DNA from: Thermodesulfobacteriota bacterium
GTDB taxonomy: Bacteria; Desulfobacterota; UBA8473
Direction: 5' to 3'
Assembly: GCA_034190725.1 (NCBI GenBank)
Contig: JAXHSZ010000068.1
Coordinates: 1-33,397 of the forward strand
DNA: 33,397 nucleotides
In this document: one piece after another, positions 15,655 to 24,719 of the stretch
Numbering within the stretch: the stretch's first letter is position 1
Layout: every line of letters starts with the position of its first letter
Position numbers and translations under genes: made by a program
The notes under the pieces: model-generated
The model's input: the letters and a program-made list of their open reading frames with translations, nothing else
Told to the model about the DNA's origin: nothing
Databases searched by the model: none

Positions 15655-16965
15655 ATGAAGGGTGACCATATGTATTACGAGTATTGGGATCTCAAAAAAC
15701 CGCCTTTTGACAATGTTCCGGACCCATCCATGTATGTGGAGTCTCATGGATCAGTAGAGACAGCCATATCAGAGACCCTATTCGCCATAGAGGCAGGAAA
15801 CGAATGCATCTCAGTAATTGTTGGCGATGCAGGCACGGGTAAGACCATGACATTGAGAATGATCATGGATAGTCTCGAGCAAGAAAAATATAAAATCGCC
15901 TTCATAACCAATCCCGACATGTCATTTGTCCAGCTTTTACGAGAAATAATTGGCCAGTTAACAGAGGAAGAATGCGAGGCAAAGAGAAAGATCGAGCTTC
16001 TGGATCATTTCAAAAAACTTTTATTTGAGACGATCGATGAAGGCAAGAAGGTTCTTATCTTCATCGATGAGGCAAATGCTATTTCTCCGGCGAACCTGGA
16101 AAGTCTCAGGTTACTTACCAATATGCAGGATGAAAGCAGAAATCTTTTTAGCATAGTTCTCTCCGGGCAGATGGAATTGGCTGAACGATTAGAACATCCA
16201 AAGCGAGTGAACCTTCTTCAGAGGATTGGTAGCTACAACAGGATCGATAAAATACAGTCGGAAGATCTCATAAAGGAGTATGTGGGAACTCGGCTCAAAC
16301 TGGCTGGTGGAACAAAGAAAGTCTTTTCAGATGATGTCTACACATATCTATGGGAATATTCGGATCATGGAATTCCCTGTCTTGTCAATAAAATCTGCAA
16401 ATTAAGTTTAAAGGCTGGAGAGACAAAAGGCCTTCATGAGATAACAGGAGACGTTGTAAAACAGGTTGGTGAACGGTTTGAGAGGTTGGTCGGCCCGGCA
16501 ATTCAAAAGAGGAGACCTCGAAAAAGAACAATTGAGAATGTTGTTTCTGAACAAACCGGAATACAAGAAGATAAGCAAAAACCAATTCTAGCAGAACTCA
16601 GAGAGAAAAGAGAGGTTGCATCCCGCATCCAAAGAAAGAGACTGAGAAAAAGGCCAGCTGATGAAGAGGGACAGAAGTCTGTTCCAGAAAAAAGTGATGA
16701 GGAACAATCAAGGATTGGGAGATTTAAGATAGGCAAGATAGGGATACCTTCCTATATTATCCATGAGGCAAAATCCACCACAAAGGAACACCGTCTGAAG
16801 CTTGCAGGAGTTTTAGCTGCTCAGACACTCAAGAAATATCCTCAGTTATTAGAATCCTCACCTTCGGCTGATCCGATTACCGTATGGAATGAAGCGAGAA
16901 ATCTCATCTACAGTAGGATTGAAGAGGAAATCGCTACAATAGAAGCTTCAAGTTCGTCTTCTTAA
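15655..16965 (+). CDS. ExeA/GspA/MshM-like AAA+ ATPase (AAA_22) with a charged K/R/E-rich C-terminal half
   Basis: The N-terminal signature is YWDLKKPPFDNVPDPSMYVESHGSVETAISETLFAI. Walker A is GDAGTGKT and Walker B is VLIFIDEA. The start could instead be ATG 15670, which has AAGGGTG upstream. Confidence 0.8.
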   Translation: MKGDHMYYEYWDLKKPPFDNVPDPSMYVESHGSVETAISETLFAIEAGNECISVIVGDAGTGKTMTLRMIMDSLEQEKYKIAFITNPDMSFVQLLREIIGQLTEEECEAKRKIELLDHFKKLLFETIDEGKKVLIFIDEANAISPANLESLRLLTNMQDESRNLFSIVLSGQMELAERLEHPKRVNLLQRIGSYNRIDKIQSEDLIKEYVGTRLKLAGGTKKVFSDDVYTYLWEYSDHGIPCLVNKICKLSLKAGETKGLHEITGDVVKQVGERFERLVGPAIQKRRPRKRTIENVVSEQTGIQEDKQKPILAELREKREVASRIQRKRLRKRPADEEGQKSVPEKSDEEQSRIGRFKIGKIGIPSYIIHEAKSTTKEHRLKLAGVLAAQTLKKYPQLLESSPSADPITVWNEARNLIYSRIEEEIATIEASSSSS

Positions 16966-16990
16966 ATGCGAATTTATTTTTGCCCTGCCC

Positions 16991-17887
16991 TCAGTTGCTC
17001 AACTTTTTCAAAAGCTGATTTGCACGAGTATGTCCAGGGTTGACAGACAAGACAAAGTGGAGTCTCCGAGTTATCTCCTTCTTTTTTGACTGATTCAGGT
17101 CTGACTTGTTACGGAGATAGTCGAGCCGTGCAACATTGAAATGGGCTTCTTCCTGATAGGAATCGAGTGAAAGTGACTTTTCATAAGCAGAAGAAGCTTC
17201 TTGATACTTTCCCATCTCTTCATATACTGCACCCAGGTTATTCCACACCTCAGCATTGTATGGGTCCAACCCCAGTACTCTCACAAAGGATTCCTTTGCA
17301 TTTTTATAATCCCCCTGTTGGATGTAGAGATTTCCAATATTAAAACGTGCTTTTATGTGATTGGGATTTATCTCCAGTACCATCTGATAGTATTTCATTG
17401 CCTCATCAAACATGTCATATCTATCATATAAGACGGCCAGACAAAAATGAGCGGGTATTGATTCGGGGTCTATATCAATTGCTTTCATGTATTGTTTTTC
17501 AGCACCTTTATAGTCGGCCTGTAAATCTGCGATGTGACCAAGATCAATAATGGCTTCAACGTCTTGAGGATTCAATTCCAAGGCTTGTTCATACATCTGC
17601 TTGGCACTGCTAAAACGTTCCAGTTTTTCATAAACATAGCCCAGGTTATTGTATGCTTCGGGATTGTCAGGCTCAATCTCTGTCACTTTTTTGAAGAACT
17701 CTAAAGCCTGATCATAATCCTCTTTCTCAAGATATATAAAGCCCAGATTCACATAGGCATCCACAAAGGTGTCATCGAGTTCTATACTCCTTTTGTAAGC
17801 GATTATGGCCTTATCATAATCAGCCTCAATGGTGTCATATCTATATCCTTCATTAAACCATTCTTTGGCAGTTCTTTTATTCGTCAT
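16991..17887 (-). CDS. tetratricopeptide-repeat protein (about 8 TPRs)
   Basis: It shows regular 34-aa repeats with the A..Y...L...P....A..NLG.Y pattern throughout, for example AYNNLGYVYEKLERFSSAKQMYEQALELNP. Confidence 0.85.
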   Translation of the reverse strand: MTNKRTAKEWFNEGYRYDTIEADYDKAIIAYKRSIELDDTFVDAYVNLGFIYLEKEDYDQALEFFKKVTEIEPDNPEAYNNLGYVYEKLERFSSAKQMYEQALELNPQDVEAIIDLGHIADLQADYKGAEKQYMKAIDIDPESIPAHFCLAVLYDRYDMFDEAMKYYQMVLEINPNHIKARFNIGNLYIQQGDYKNAKESFVRVLGLDPYNAEVWNNLGAVYEEMGKYQEASSAYEKSLSLDSYQEEAHFNVARLDYLRNKSDLNQSKKKEITRRLHFVLSVNPGHTRANQLLKKLSN

Positions 17888-18509
17888 ATAACACCCTCAA
17901 CATGAGACCACATTTAAAAGATGAGAAACTTTAAAAAAAGACGTTCAATTGCAAAGTTTAAAGTGAAAAACATGTTACCAGACGGGTTATTTGTTGTCAA
18001 GATTGAATGATTTAAAGTTTTTTTATTGCAGACCGATAATAAAGAAAGAAAAGGAAATCATGGTCTATTAAATAACGGTTTTTTGCACTTAAAAATCCCC
18101 CTTGCCCCCTTTTTAAAGATTGGTGAGCGAGGGATTTTCATTATACTGCACATTGCATTTTCTATACAGATTTTTAATGAGTGATTGGCCGAAAACTAGA
18201 GAAAAAATAAAATTTTAAAGTGCGAATGCAATATTTTGAAAATATCTATTCTAGGTTGTATGGCTTCAGCTACAAGCCTTTAGAATAATGTTTTCACTAT
18301 CTGAAGTTGAATGCTGATCGCTGTTTGATTCATCATATTATCATGTGTACCTACTCCTTTATTATTTCACCAGTAATAGATTTTTTTTAATCACTCATCG
18401 AAAACCGTAATGGCTTTTTAATTCTTTGATATTATTTATCTTTCCCCTTTTAATCAGACTGGCAGAAGGAATGTTCTTCTATTAGTTTTCTACAAATAGG
18501 ATACCAATA

Positions 18510-19556
18510 TTGGCTAAGATTGATGTGTTGCTTAACATGATGATAGAGTATGGGGCTTCTGATTTGCATGTTTCCGCAGGAAATCCTCCTATGCTCAGAA
18601 TCAACGGTGAATTACAGAGAACAAAATATCATGATCTTTCTCCCAAAGAAGCTGAAGTCCTTCTTCTTGAGATGTTGGATGAAGAGACGCTGGAACTTCT
18701 GAAGAAGAAGAGGGATATTGATTTTGCATATGAACTTGAAAATAAAGGTCGTTTTCGTGCCAATGTTTTCATGGAAAAAAACGGATATGGAGGAGCATTC
18801 CGTCTAATTCCTACACAGATAAAGACTCTCAGGGAACTTATGCTCCCTGAGTCCATCTATTCCCTTGCGCGTATGAAGAGCGGTCTTGTATTGGTAACAG
18901 GACCAACGGGATCAGGCAAATCCACGACTCTCGCTTCTATGATAGATTTAATGAATAAGGAGAATAATTATCACATCATCACTCTAGAAGATCCAATAGA
19001 ATTTATATATCCCAAAGGGAAATGCCTTATACACCAAAGGCAAATGGGTTTTCATGTAGATAGCTTTTCTTCAGGTCTGAGGGCCGGCTTGAGAGAGGAC
19101 CCTGATGTTATTCTTGTCGGGGAGATGAGAGATCTGGAGACAATCCATCTGGCACTGACAGCATCAGAGACAGGACTTTTGGTCCTCGCCACTCTCCATA
19201 CTTCCAGTGCTGCCCAGACAATTGATCGTATCATAGATGTATTTCCCACATCACAGCAACCTCAGGTCAGAACCATGCTGAGTGAATCCTTACGTGGAGT
19301 GATTGCACAACAATTATTAATACGATCTGATAAGAAGGGCAGAGTTGCAGCCGTGGAAGTAATGATATGCAATCAGGCCATCCGGAATCTGATTAGAGAG
19401 GGGAAAACGTATCAAATATCTTCCGTGCTTCAGACAGCTCGATCTAAGGGGATGCAGACCTTAGAAAGCCACATCACGGAACTGGTGGGACAGGATTTGA
19501 TAAGTGAGGAGGAAGCAAATTTATACAGAAAGGACAATGAAGCAGTCTCCCAATGA
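18510..19556 (+). CDS. pilT: PilT-type type IV pilus retraction ATPase
   Basis: It carries GASDLHVSAGNPPMLRINGEL, Walker A GPTGSGKST, Asp box LEDPIEF, Walker B VILVGEMRD and an intact His box ATLHTSSA. The size of about 348 aa fits. The start is TTG at 18510; ATG 18537 is an alternative. Confidence 0.9.
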   Translation: MAKIDVLLNMMIEYGASDLHVSAGNPPMLRINGELQRTKYHDLSPKEAEVLLLEMLDEETLELLKKKRDIDFAYELENKGRFRANVFMEKNGYGGAFRLIPTQIKTLRELMLPESIYSLARMKSGLVLVTGPTGSGKSTTLASMIDLMNKENNYHIITLEDPIEFIYPKGKCLIHQRQMGFHVDSFSSGLRAGLREDPDVILVGEMRDLETIHLALTASETGLLVLATLHTSSAAQTIDRIIDVFPTSQQPQVRTMLSESLRGVIAQQLLIRSDKKGRVAAVEVMICNQAIRNLIREGKTYQISSVLQTARSKGMQTLESHITELVGQDLISEEEANLYRKDNEAVSQ

Positions 19557-21582
19557 GATGATGGATGACATCATAAGACTGAGAACATATCTCATACAAA
19601 AGGGTCGATTAACAGAGGACCAGTTTCTTCAAGCGGAAGACTATGCCCTTACACGGAAGATGTCCATTGATGAAGCCATTCTCTTTCTCAACCTTATGGA
19701 TTATACGGAATTTGGAGAGAGTCTGGCTGAGATTTATGGAAAATCTTATCATCCTTTATTAGAAGAGCCTCCTCAAGGGACTGCCAGAGAATTTGTTCCA
19801 TTGAAGCTGGCTGAGAAATGGAATATTTTTCCCGTAAACTACGATCCAAAAAAAAAGATCCTCACACTTGCAATTGATAACCCGGAAGATCATTTGATAA
19901 TCGGTCAAATCCAAACGATCTTCCCCGCAGGTGTAAAACTGGTATTTTTTGTGGCATCGAAGGCAGAGATTGCAAAGGCCATAGACGTCCACTATAGGGG
20001 TAGGACATACACACCCGAACGGGATCTGGAGGTCCCCCATGATTTCGCCATATTAGGTTCTGAGAAAGAAACTGAAGAAGAAATAGAAATAGATTGTGAA
20101 GAGGAGATCAGAACAAAAAAGAAAATACTTGTTCTTGAACCTGATTTCACTCGCGCCGGCGCCCTGAAAACCATCCTTCGCTGTGAGGGGTATCGGGACG
20201 TGAGTTGGATTTTATCACTGCAGGATATGATAGATACACTCAGAAAAAATTCACCGGACTTTTTATTGGTGAACAACCGCACCTTCCAGCGTCAGGGATC
20301 CTGGCTCAAGGATATTCCAAAAGATATTGATCTTCCACATATATCATACTATGATCTTTCCCCTTTACTATTTGGACAAGAATATCCCTACCATCAGATG
20401 AGTGAAGCCTTAATTGATCTCACGGCATTTCTTGTGAGAAAAAGTCTGGAGAATGATGCAGACAAACTCCAAGAGACACTCACCAGAGTGCGGCTTTGCA
20501 AGCTTTTAGCATTGAGGTTGCATCTCTTCCCTGCTCAAGTAGATGCTACAGTTCTGGCTGCATGGTTTTCAACACGGGGAGTAGGGAAAGATCTGTTAGG
20601 CAGTATAACTACTCCTTACCATCTGGAAGAAATTCTTAATTTCAAGTTGAGTACGGAGAATGGACGAAGGATAGAATCGACCATTCTGGAGATGGTCATT
20701 GTATATCAGAGCTTGAGAAGAAGTGAATCTGAAATGTCTCAGGACATCAATCGACTCAGGAGTATACTGAGCAGACAATTTCCTTCTGGAGAGTATGAAA
20801 GAATCTTGGAAACCTTTCTGCATCTCATCAAGGATGAGGAATTTTTAAAAAGAGTTGATCATCATGGAGGAATTATCCTTATTGTTGATTCCAAAGAGTC
20901 CAAAGAATCGAGTATGTCTCTCCGACTGAGTAATGATGGGTACCAGATAGAGGTTGTTTCGGATGTTCGTGAGGCGATAAAAACTCTATCCCAATTCAGA
21001 GTTGACTTGATCATTTCCGAGGTCAATCTACCAGAGACCGATGGCCTGAGCTTCTGCCGGACTATCAGAGAAAACTCTCTTGGGGGAGACGTTTCTTTTT
21101 TCTTTCTCACAGAAGAAGAAGGGGAGAGACTCCCGGCGAAATGCCTGGAAGCCGGCGCCGATGACTTCCTAAAAAAACCAGTGGATATGGAAATCCTCTC
21201 CTTAAAGATTGCGCGTGTGCTGGCTTTAAAAGGTTCCCAAAAATCAAAGAGAGGTGTCAATGGATCTCTTAAAGAGATGAACTCCACGGATTTTATTCAA
21301 AGCCTTTCCGAAGGGCATAAGGATGTTGAGATAACCCTTAAAAGTATGGGTGAAAAAGGCATTATCTATATGCAGTCAGGAGAAATTATTCATGCTTCCC
21401 TGGGTGACCTTTACGGAGAAAATGCATTTTACCGGCTCATGACATGGCAAGATGGGGAATTTCAGATCGTCCCCTATTCCACCTTCCCACCTCGAACTAT
21501 TCATCACAGCACCATGTCCCTTTTGATGGAAGCGGCCCGTATCGCTGATGAAGCCAACGCAGCAGAAGATGAAGAATGTTGA
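19537..21582 (+). CDS. multidomain signalling protein: T2SSE_N (GspE/PilB N-terminal) domain, pseudo-receiver, HD-like degenerate region, receiver with Asp->Glu acceptor, DUF4388
   Basis: The T2SSE_N pattern is FVPLKLAEKWNIFPVNYDPKKKILTLAIDNPED. REC-like 1 has FLLVNN in place of the acceptor Asp. REC 2 reads DLIISEVNLPETDG (GAG codon 21019-21021) and keeps LT and KKP. The C-terminal DUF4388 pattern is GSLKEMNSTDFIQSL...GIIYMQSGEIIHA...GENAFYRLMTWQDGEF. The gene overlaps or abuts the pilT stop at 19556, so the start (19537 or 19558) is uncertain. Confidence 0.8.
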   Translation: MKQSPNEMMDDIIRLRTYLIQKGRLTEDQFLQAEDYALTRKMSIDEAILFLNLMDYTEFGESLAEIYGKSYHPLLEEPPQGTAREFVPLKLAEKWNIFPVNYDPKKKILTLAIDNPEDHLIIGQIQTIFPAGVKLVFFVASKAEIAKAIDVHYRGRTYTPERDLEVPHDFAILGSEKETEEEIEIDCEEEIRTKKKILVLEPDFTRAGALKTILRCEGYRDVSWILSLQDMIDTLRKNSPDFLLVNNRTFQRQGSWLKDIPKDIDLPHISYYDLSPLLFGQEYPYHQMSEALIDLTAFLVRKSLENDADKLQETLTRVRLCKLLALRLHLFPAQVDATVLAAWFSTRGVGKDLLGSITTPYHLEEILNFKLSTENGRRIESTILEMVIVYQSLRRSESEMSQDINRLRSILSRQFPSGEYERILETFLHLIKDEEFLKRVDHHGGIILIVDSKESKESSMSLRLSNDGYQIEVVSDVREAIKTLSQFRVDLIISEVNLPETDGLSFCRTIRENSLGGDVSFFFLTEEEGERLPAKCLEAGADDFLKKPVDMEILSLKIARVLALKGSQKSKRGVNGSLKEMNSTDFIQSLSEGHKDVEITLKSMGEKGIIYMQSGEIIHASLGDLYGENAFYRLMTWQDGEFQIVPYSTFPPRTIHHSTMSLLMEAARIADEANAAEDEEC

Positions 21583-21653
21583 GTCATATCTGTTTTCATA
21601 CTTCATGATGTCCACCTATCATGAAATACCCGAAGAGATTAAAGGAGGAGTTG

Positions 21654-22109
21654 ATGTACAAGATTGATATGGTAAAGAGGGAAGCTGAGGTCTTTTTCGC
21701 TGATGGAAGCAGTCTTGCGGGAAGCTTTTTCGTCTCACCCCAATCATCAAGTCATTCAGGGAGCCAGTTGGTATCTGAATTGCTCATTGACAAAAATTCA
21801 TATTTGCCCTTCGAGTTAGATGGAGAGGAGACAATTATCCTATGGAGGGGATCTATTGTAATGGTTATTTTAGAGAAAAATGAGCTGAACTTGCAGACTC
21901 CTTGCTTAAAACAGATTATCGTTCGGGTCTGTCTCATTTCTGGTGGAAATCTGAATGGCAAGGTATTCACAGATCTTCCGGAAAGTTACACACGCCTTTC
22001 TGATTTCTTGAATCATAATGATCAATTCTTTCATTTAGAGGTGGATAACAAGGATCATCTGATTAATTCCAGATTCGTTAAGATGGTAGAACCCGGGCTG
22101 TCAGCTTAA
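21654..22109 (+). CDS. hypothetical protein, about 151 aa, with two similar beta-rich halves
   Basis: AAAGGAGGAG lies directly upstream of ATG 21654. There is internal similarity between AEVFFADGSSLAGSFFV and VRVCLISGGNLNGKVFT. I recognise no family. Confidence 0.6.
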   Translation: MYKIDMVKREAEVFFADGSSLAGSFFVSPQSSSHSGSQLVSELLIDKNSYLPFELDGEETIILWRGSIVMVILEKNELNLQTPCLKQIIVRVCLISGGNLNGKVFTDLPESYTRLSDFLNHNDQFFHLEVDNKDHLINSRFVKMVEPGLSA

Positions 22110-22122
22110 CAGAAATTTTGTG

Positions 22123-24441
22123 TCATGCAACACAGACTCTTCTCACTTCATCAATATCAGTCAATCCCATAAAAACCTTATTGATTCCATCTTGTTTCAT
22201 AGTAGTCATTCCATCTCTTATTGCTTGTTCAAAAAGGTCCCCTTCGGTTGCCCGTTCTTTGATCAGACCTTTTATTTGAGGCGTCCCTTCCATCAATTCA
22301 TGTATGCCTATACGTCCTTTGTAACCGGAATGAGTGCATAGGTCGCAGCCCACAGGACGATAGAGTTTAAGATCAGGACTAAAATCCCCTTTAAAGGCCT
22401 TAAATTGTCCATTACCATAATCGGAAACAATATCCTCAAACTCCTCTTTTGAGGGGTGATATTCCTCACGGCAGTTTGTGCATAGTCTTCTGACAAGCCT
22501 TTGAGCAAGCACACCCAGGAGAGCATGAGAGAGATTGAGTTGATTCAAGCCGGTGCTCAGGAGTGTGGTCACTGTTTCACAAGCACCTTCCGTATTGAGG
22601 GATGAAAAGACGAGATGTCCGGTCAGCGAGGCTTGTATTGCCATTGAGGCTGTTCTATCCTCCTGCATCTCACCGATCATGATAACATCCCCATCGGCTA
22701 ATAAAAGAAAGCGCATAATCCTTGTAAAATCTAATCCTATTCCAGGTTGTACCTCAATCTGTCTCATATCGGTCTGAACAATCTCCACAGGATCTTCTGC
22801 AGTCCAGATTTTGAGGTCTGACCTTTTGATATGAGCAAGGACACTGTGAAGGGTTGTGGTTTTTCCTGAACTGGTTGGGCCTGATACCAGCATAAGACCA
22901 TAAGGCTTTGTAAGGATGTTTTTGATTTTATCTAGATTTTTTTCACTCAATCCTATTTCATCCAGTGCCATTACATCGGTCTTCACCAATATTTTGACAA
23001 CAATATCCTCGACCTCTCCTATAGTTGGGATGGTGGTTACTCGAAGATCAAGAGGTGGTGTATCTTTTCCCTTGAATTTAATCTTCCCATCTTGAGGTAT
23101 GAATGTTTCTTCCTCATCGAGGTTGGCCATTGCTTTCAGTCTTGAAAGTAATTCCTGGGCCATGGACTGGGGTATGTGAAGATACTCCTGACAAACACCA
23201 TCCATTCTGAAGCGTATACCAGCTGACTTTGAATCGAATGACGGCTCGATGTGTATGTGTGATACTTTTTTTCGATACGCATCAACTAGAATCTGCTCCA
23301 ATAGCCCTATCACTTTATCAGATACTTCATCATCCCTCACACTGTACCCCTCTGTCTCAGTCATCACATCTGATTCAGACTTTACTTCTTTTCTCTCACC
23401 TTCACCCTCCTCTTGTCCATCATCCACTTGCTCCTTATCCTTCTCTGTTTCTCTCCCCATATCATATTTTTTTTCTTCCTCCAAATTCATGTCCGCATCT
23501 ACTTGGACCTTTTGACTTGTCTCCGGTTCTACTTCCGTTTCAGCATCCAAACTTTTTTCCAAGTTCAGAGCGATGTCATCGTCTGTGTCTATTCCTGCCT
23601 CAATCTTCCCATCTTCTTCATCAAGGGGGAAGTCAGAAATAAGATCAAAGTCCATTTCTATCTCATCAATGGTCATATCATTCTTTATAAAACTGTCCGG
23701 CGATCTCATTTCAGAGTCATGATGCTCATCTTCAGCATCTGCTTTCTGCAATTTTTCATTATCTACAATATATCCATCCGTTTCTGATCCTAAAGAAAAG
23801 TCAGTGGTAAGAGAATCTACTTTCTTTTTGATTTCAATATTGTCTGGGTCCTTTTCCACTGCTGACTTGTACAGATCAAAGGCCAGATCATTATGTTGCC
23901 TCTTTTCCATCTCCAGCCCAAGCAAAAACTGAATCCGCCCGGCCTCATCTTCATCGATGCCGTGTCTGTTGAAAAGGCTTTCTATCTGCTCTTTAACTGC
24001 TGTGGCAGGATAAATACTGAAGAGACATTCTGAAAGATTGGGGACTATTTTTCCAGGGGGATAATTATGTTCAAATAGCATTTCATATTTAGCGATTGCT
24101 TCTTTGAAAAGGCCAAGTTTCTTGAATGCTGATGCACTGTCCAGGATTTCCTCAACGCTTTCAATATCTGTTTTGTTCGCCATATTGATGGGAGGCTCTT
24201 GTGCTGAGAGTTCAGATGCTTCTGTAACTTCATCGTTTTGTTGTTCCCTGATTTCCTTTTTCAATGACGCAATCTTTTCTCTGATTTTTATTTGTTTATA
24301 TGCATCCAGTTCCGGGACATCTTGAAGAATTTGTTCATAGGACTGTAGGGAGTCTCCCAACAATCCCATTGAATAATAGACCTCTGATGCCCGTAATTTT
24401 GCTTCTACGTCGATTTTTTTTCCGGTTACATTCTCATTCAT
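22123..24441 (-). CDS. GspE/PilB-family secretion ATPase with a non-canonical N-terminus (TPR-like helices plus a polyacidic linker of about 160 aa) and a degenerate His box
   Basis: The core motifs are VSHIHIEP, Walker A GPTSSGKTT, Asp box AEDPVE, Walker B DVIMIGEMQE and the tetracysteine CTNC...CDLC. The His box reads SSLNTEG (AAT codon 22594-22596) instead of S/TLHTN. The SD GGTGGAG lies upstream. Confidence 0.85.
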   Translation of the reverse strand: MNENVTGKKIDVEAKLRASEVYYSMGLLGDSLQSYEQILQDVPELDAYKQIKIREKIASLKKEIREQQNDEVTEASELSAQEPPINMANKTDIESVEEILDSASAFKKLGLFKEAIAKYEMLFEHNYPPGKIVPNLSECLFSIYPATAVKEQIESLFNRHGIDEDEAGRIQFLLGLEMEKRQHNDLAFDLYKSAVEKDPDNIEIKKKVDSLTTDFSLGSETDGYIVDNEKLQKADAEDEHHDSEMRSPDSFIKNDMTIDEIEMDFDLISDFPLDEEDGKIEAGIDTDDDIALNLEKSLDAETEVEPETSQKVQVDADMNLEEEKKYDMGRETEKDKEQVDDGQEEGEGERKEVKSESDVMTETEGYSVRDDEVSDKVIGLLEQILVDAYRKKVSHIHIEPSFDSKSAGIRFRMDGVCQEYLHIPQSMAQELLSRLKAMANLDEEETFIPQDGKIKFKGKDTPPLDLRVTTIPTIGEVEDIVVKILVKTDVMALDEIGLSEKNLDKIKNILTKPYGLMLVSGPTSSGKTTTLHSVLAHIKRSDLKIWTAEDPVEIVQTDMRQIEVQPGIGLDFTRIMRFLLLADGDVIMIGEMQEDRTASMAIQASLTGHLVFSSLNTEGACETVTTLLSTGLNQLNLSHALLGVLAQRLVRRLCTNCREEYHPSKEEFEDIVSDYGNGQFKAFKGDFSPDLKLYRPVGCDLCTHSGYKGRIGIHELMEGTPQIKGLIKERATEGDLFEQAIRDGMTTMKQDGINKVFMGLTDIDEVRRVCVA

Positions 24442-24719
24442 TTTGTCTCCACCTCGACCTGAACCAGGCCTTGTTTAAAATGTATTTATTCGATCTTTTT
24501 ATTATTCCCAAACCTATCATGAGCAACTGACAACCACTGCAAGTACTCGCAGACTTATACATAACTCCCATCGGTTGAAAATCGGTTATCAACTGAAACC
24601 GCTTGAAGTATTCATACGTCTGGAGTGAGAATAATCTATTATCTTGCTCATTTTTACCTATAATAGATCAGAATCGCAATATACGTATTGTAATTATTAT
24701 AAACTGTAACAAAGCTACT

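Noticed and set aside
18460-18474. sigma54-like TGGCAG-N5-ATGT upstream of pilT
   Set aside because: The -12 element is poor (ATGT versus TTGC) and there is no supporting evidence.
17888-18509. 620-bp AT-rich divergent intergenic region, examined for an ncRNA or defined operators (for example AAAATCCC ... GGGATTTT at 18092-18138)
   Set aside because: It has only short A/T-rich inverted repeats with long loops and nothing I can distinguish from promoter-region background.
23229-23787. Plus-strand ORFs of 88-137 aa rich in S/L/F/P/H
   Set aside because: They are mirror translations of the polyacidic linker of the PilB-like gene on the minus strand, a low-complexity artefact.
24522-24536. sigma54-like TGGTTG-N-TTGCT on the minus strand upstream of the PilB-like gene
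   Set aside because: The GG-to-GC spacing is one nucleotide short of the invariant spacing, and the -24 element is weak.
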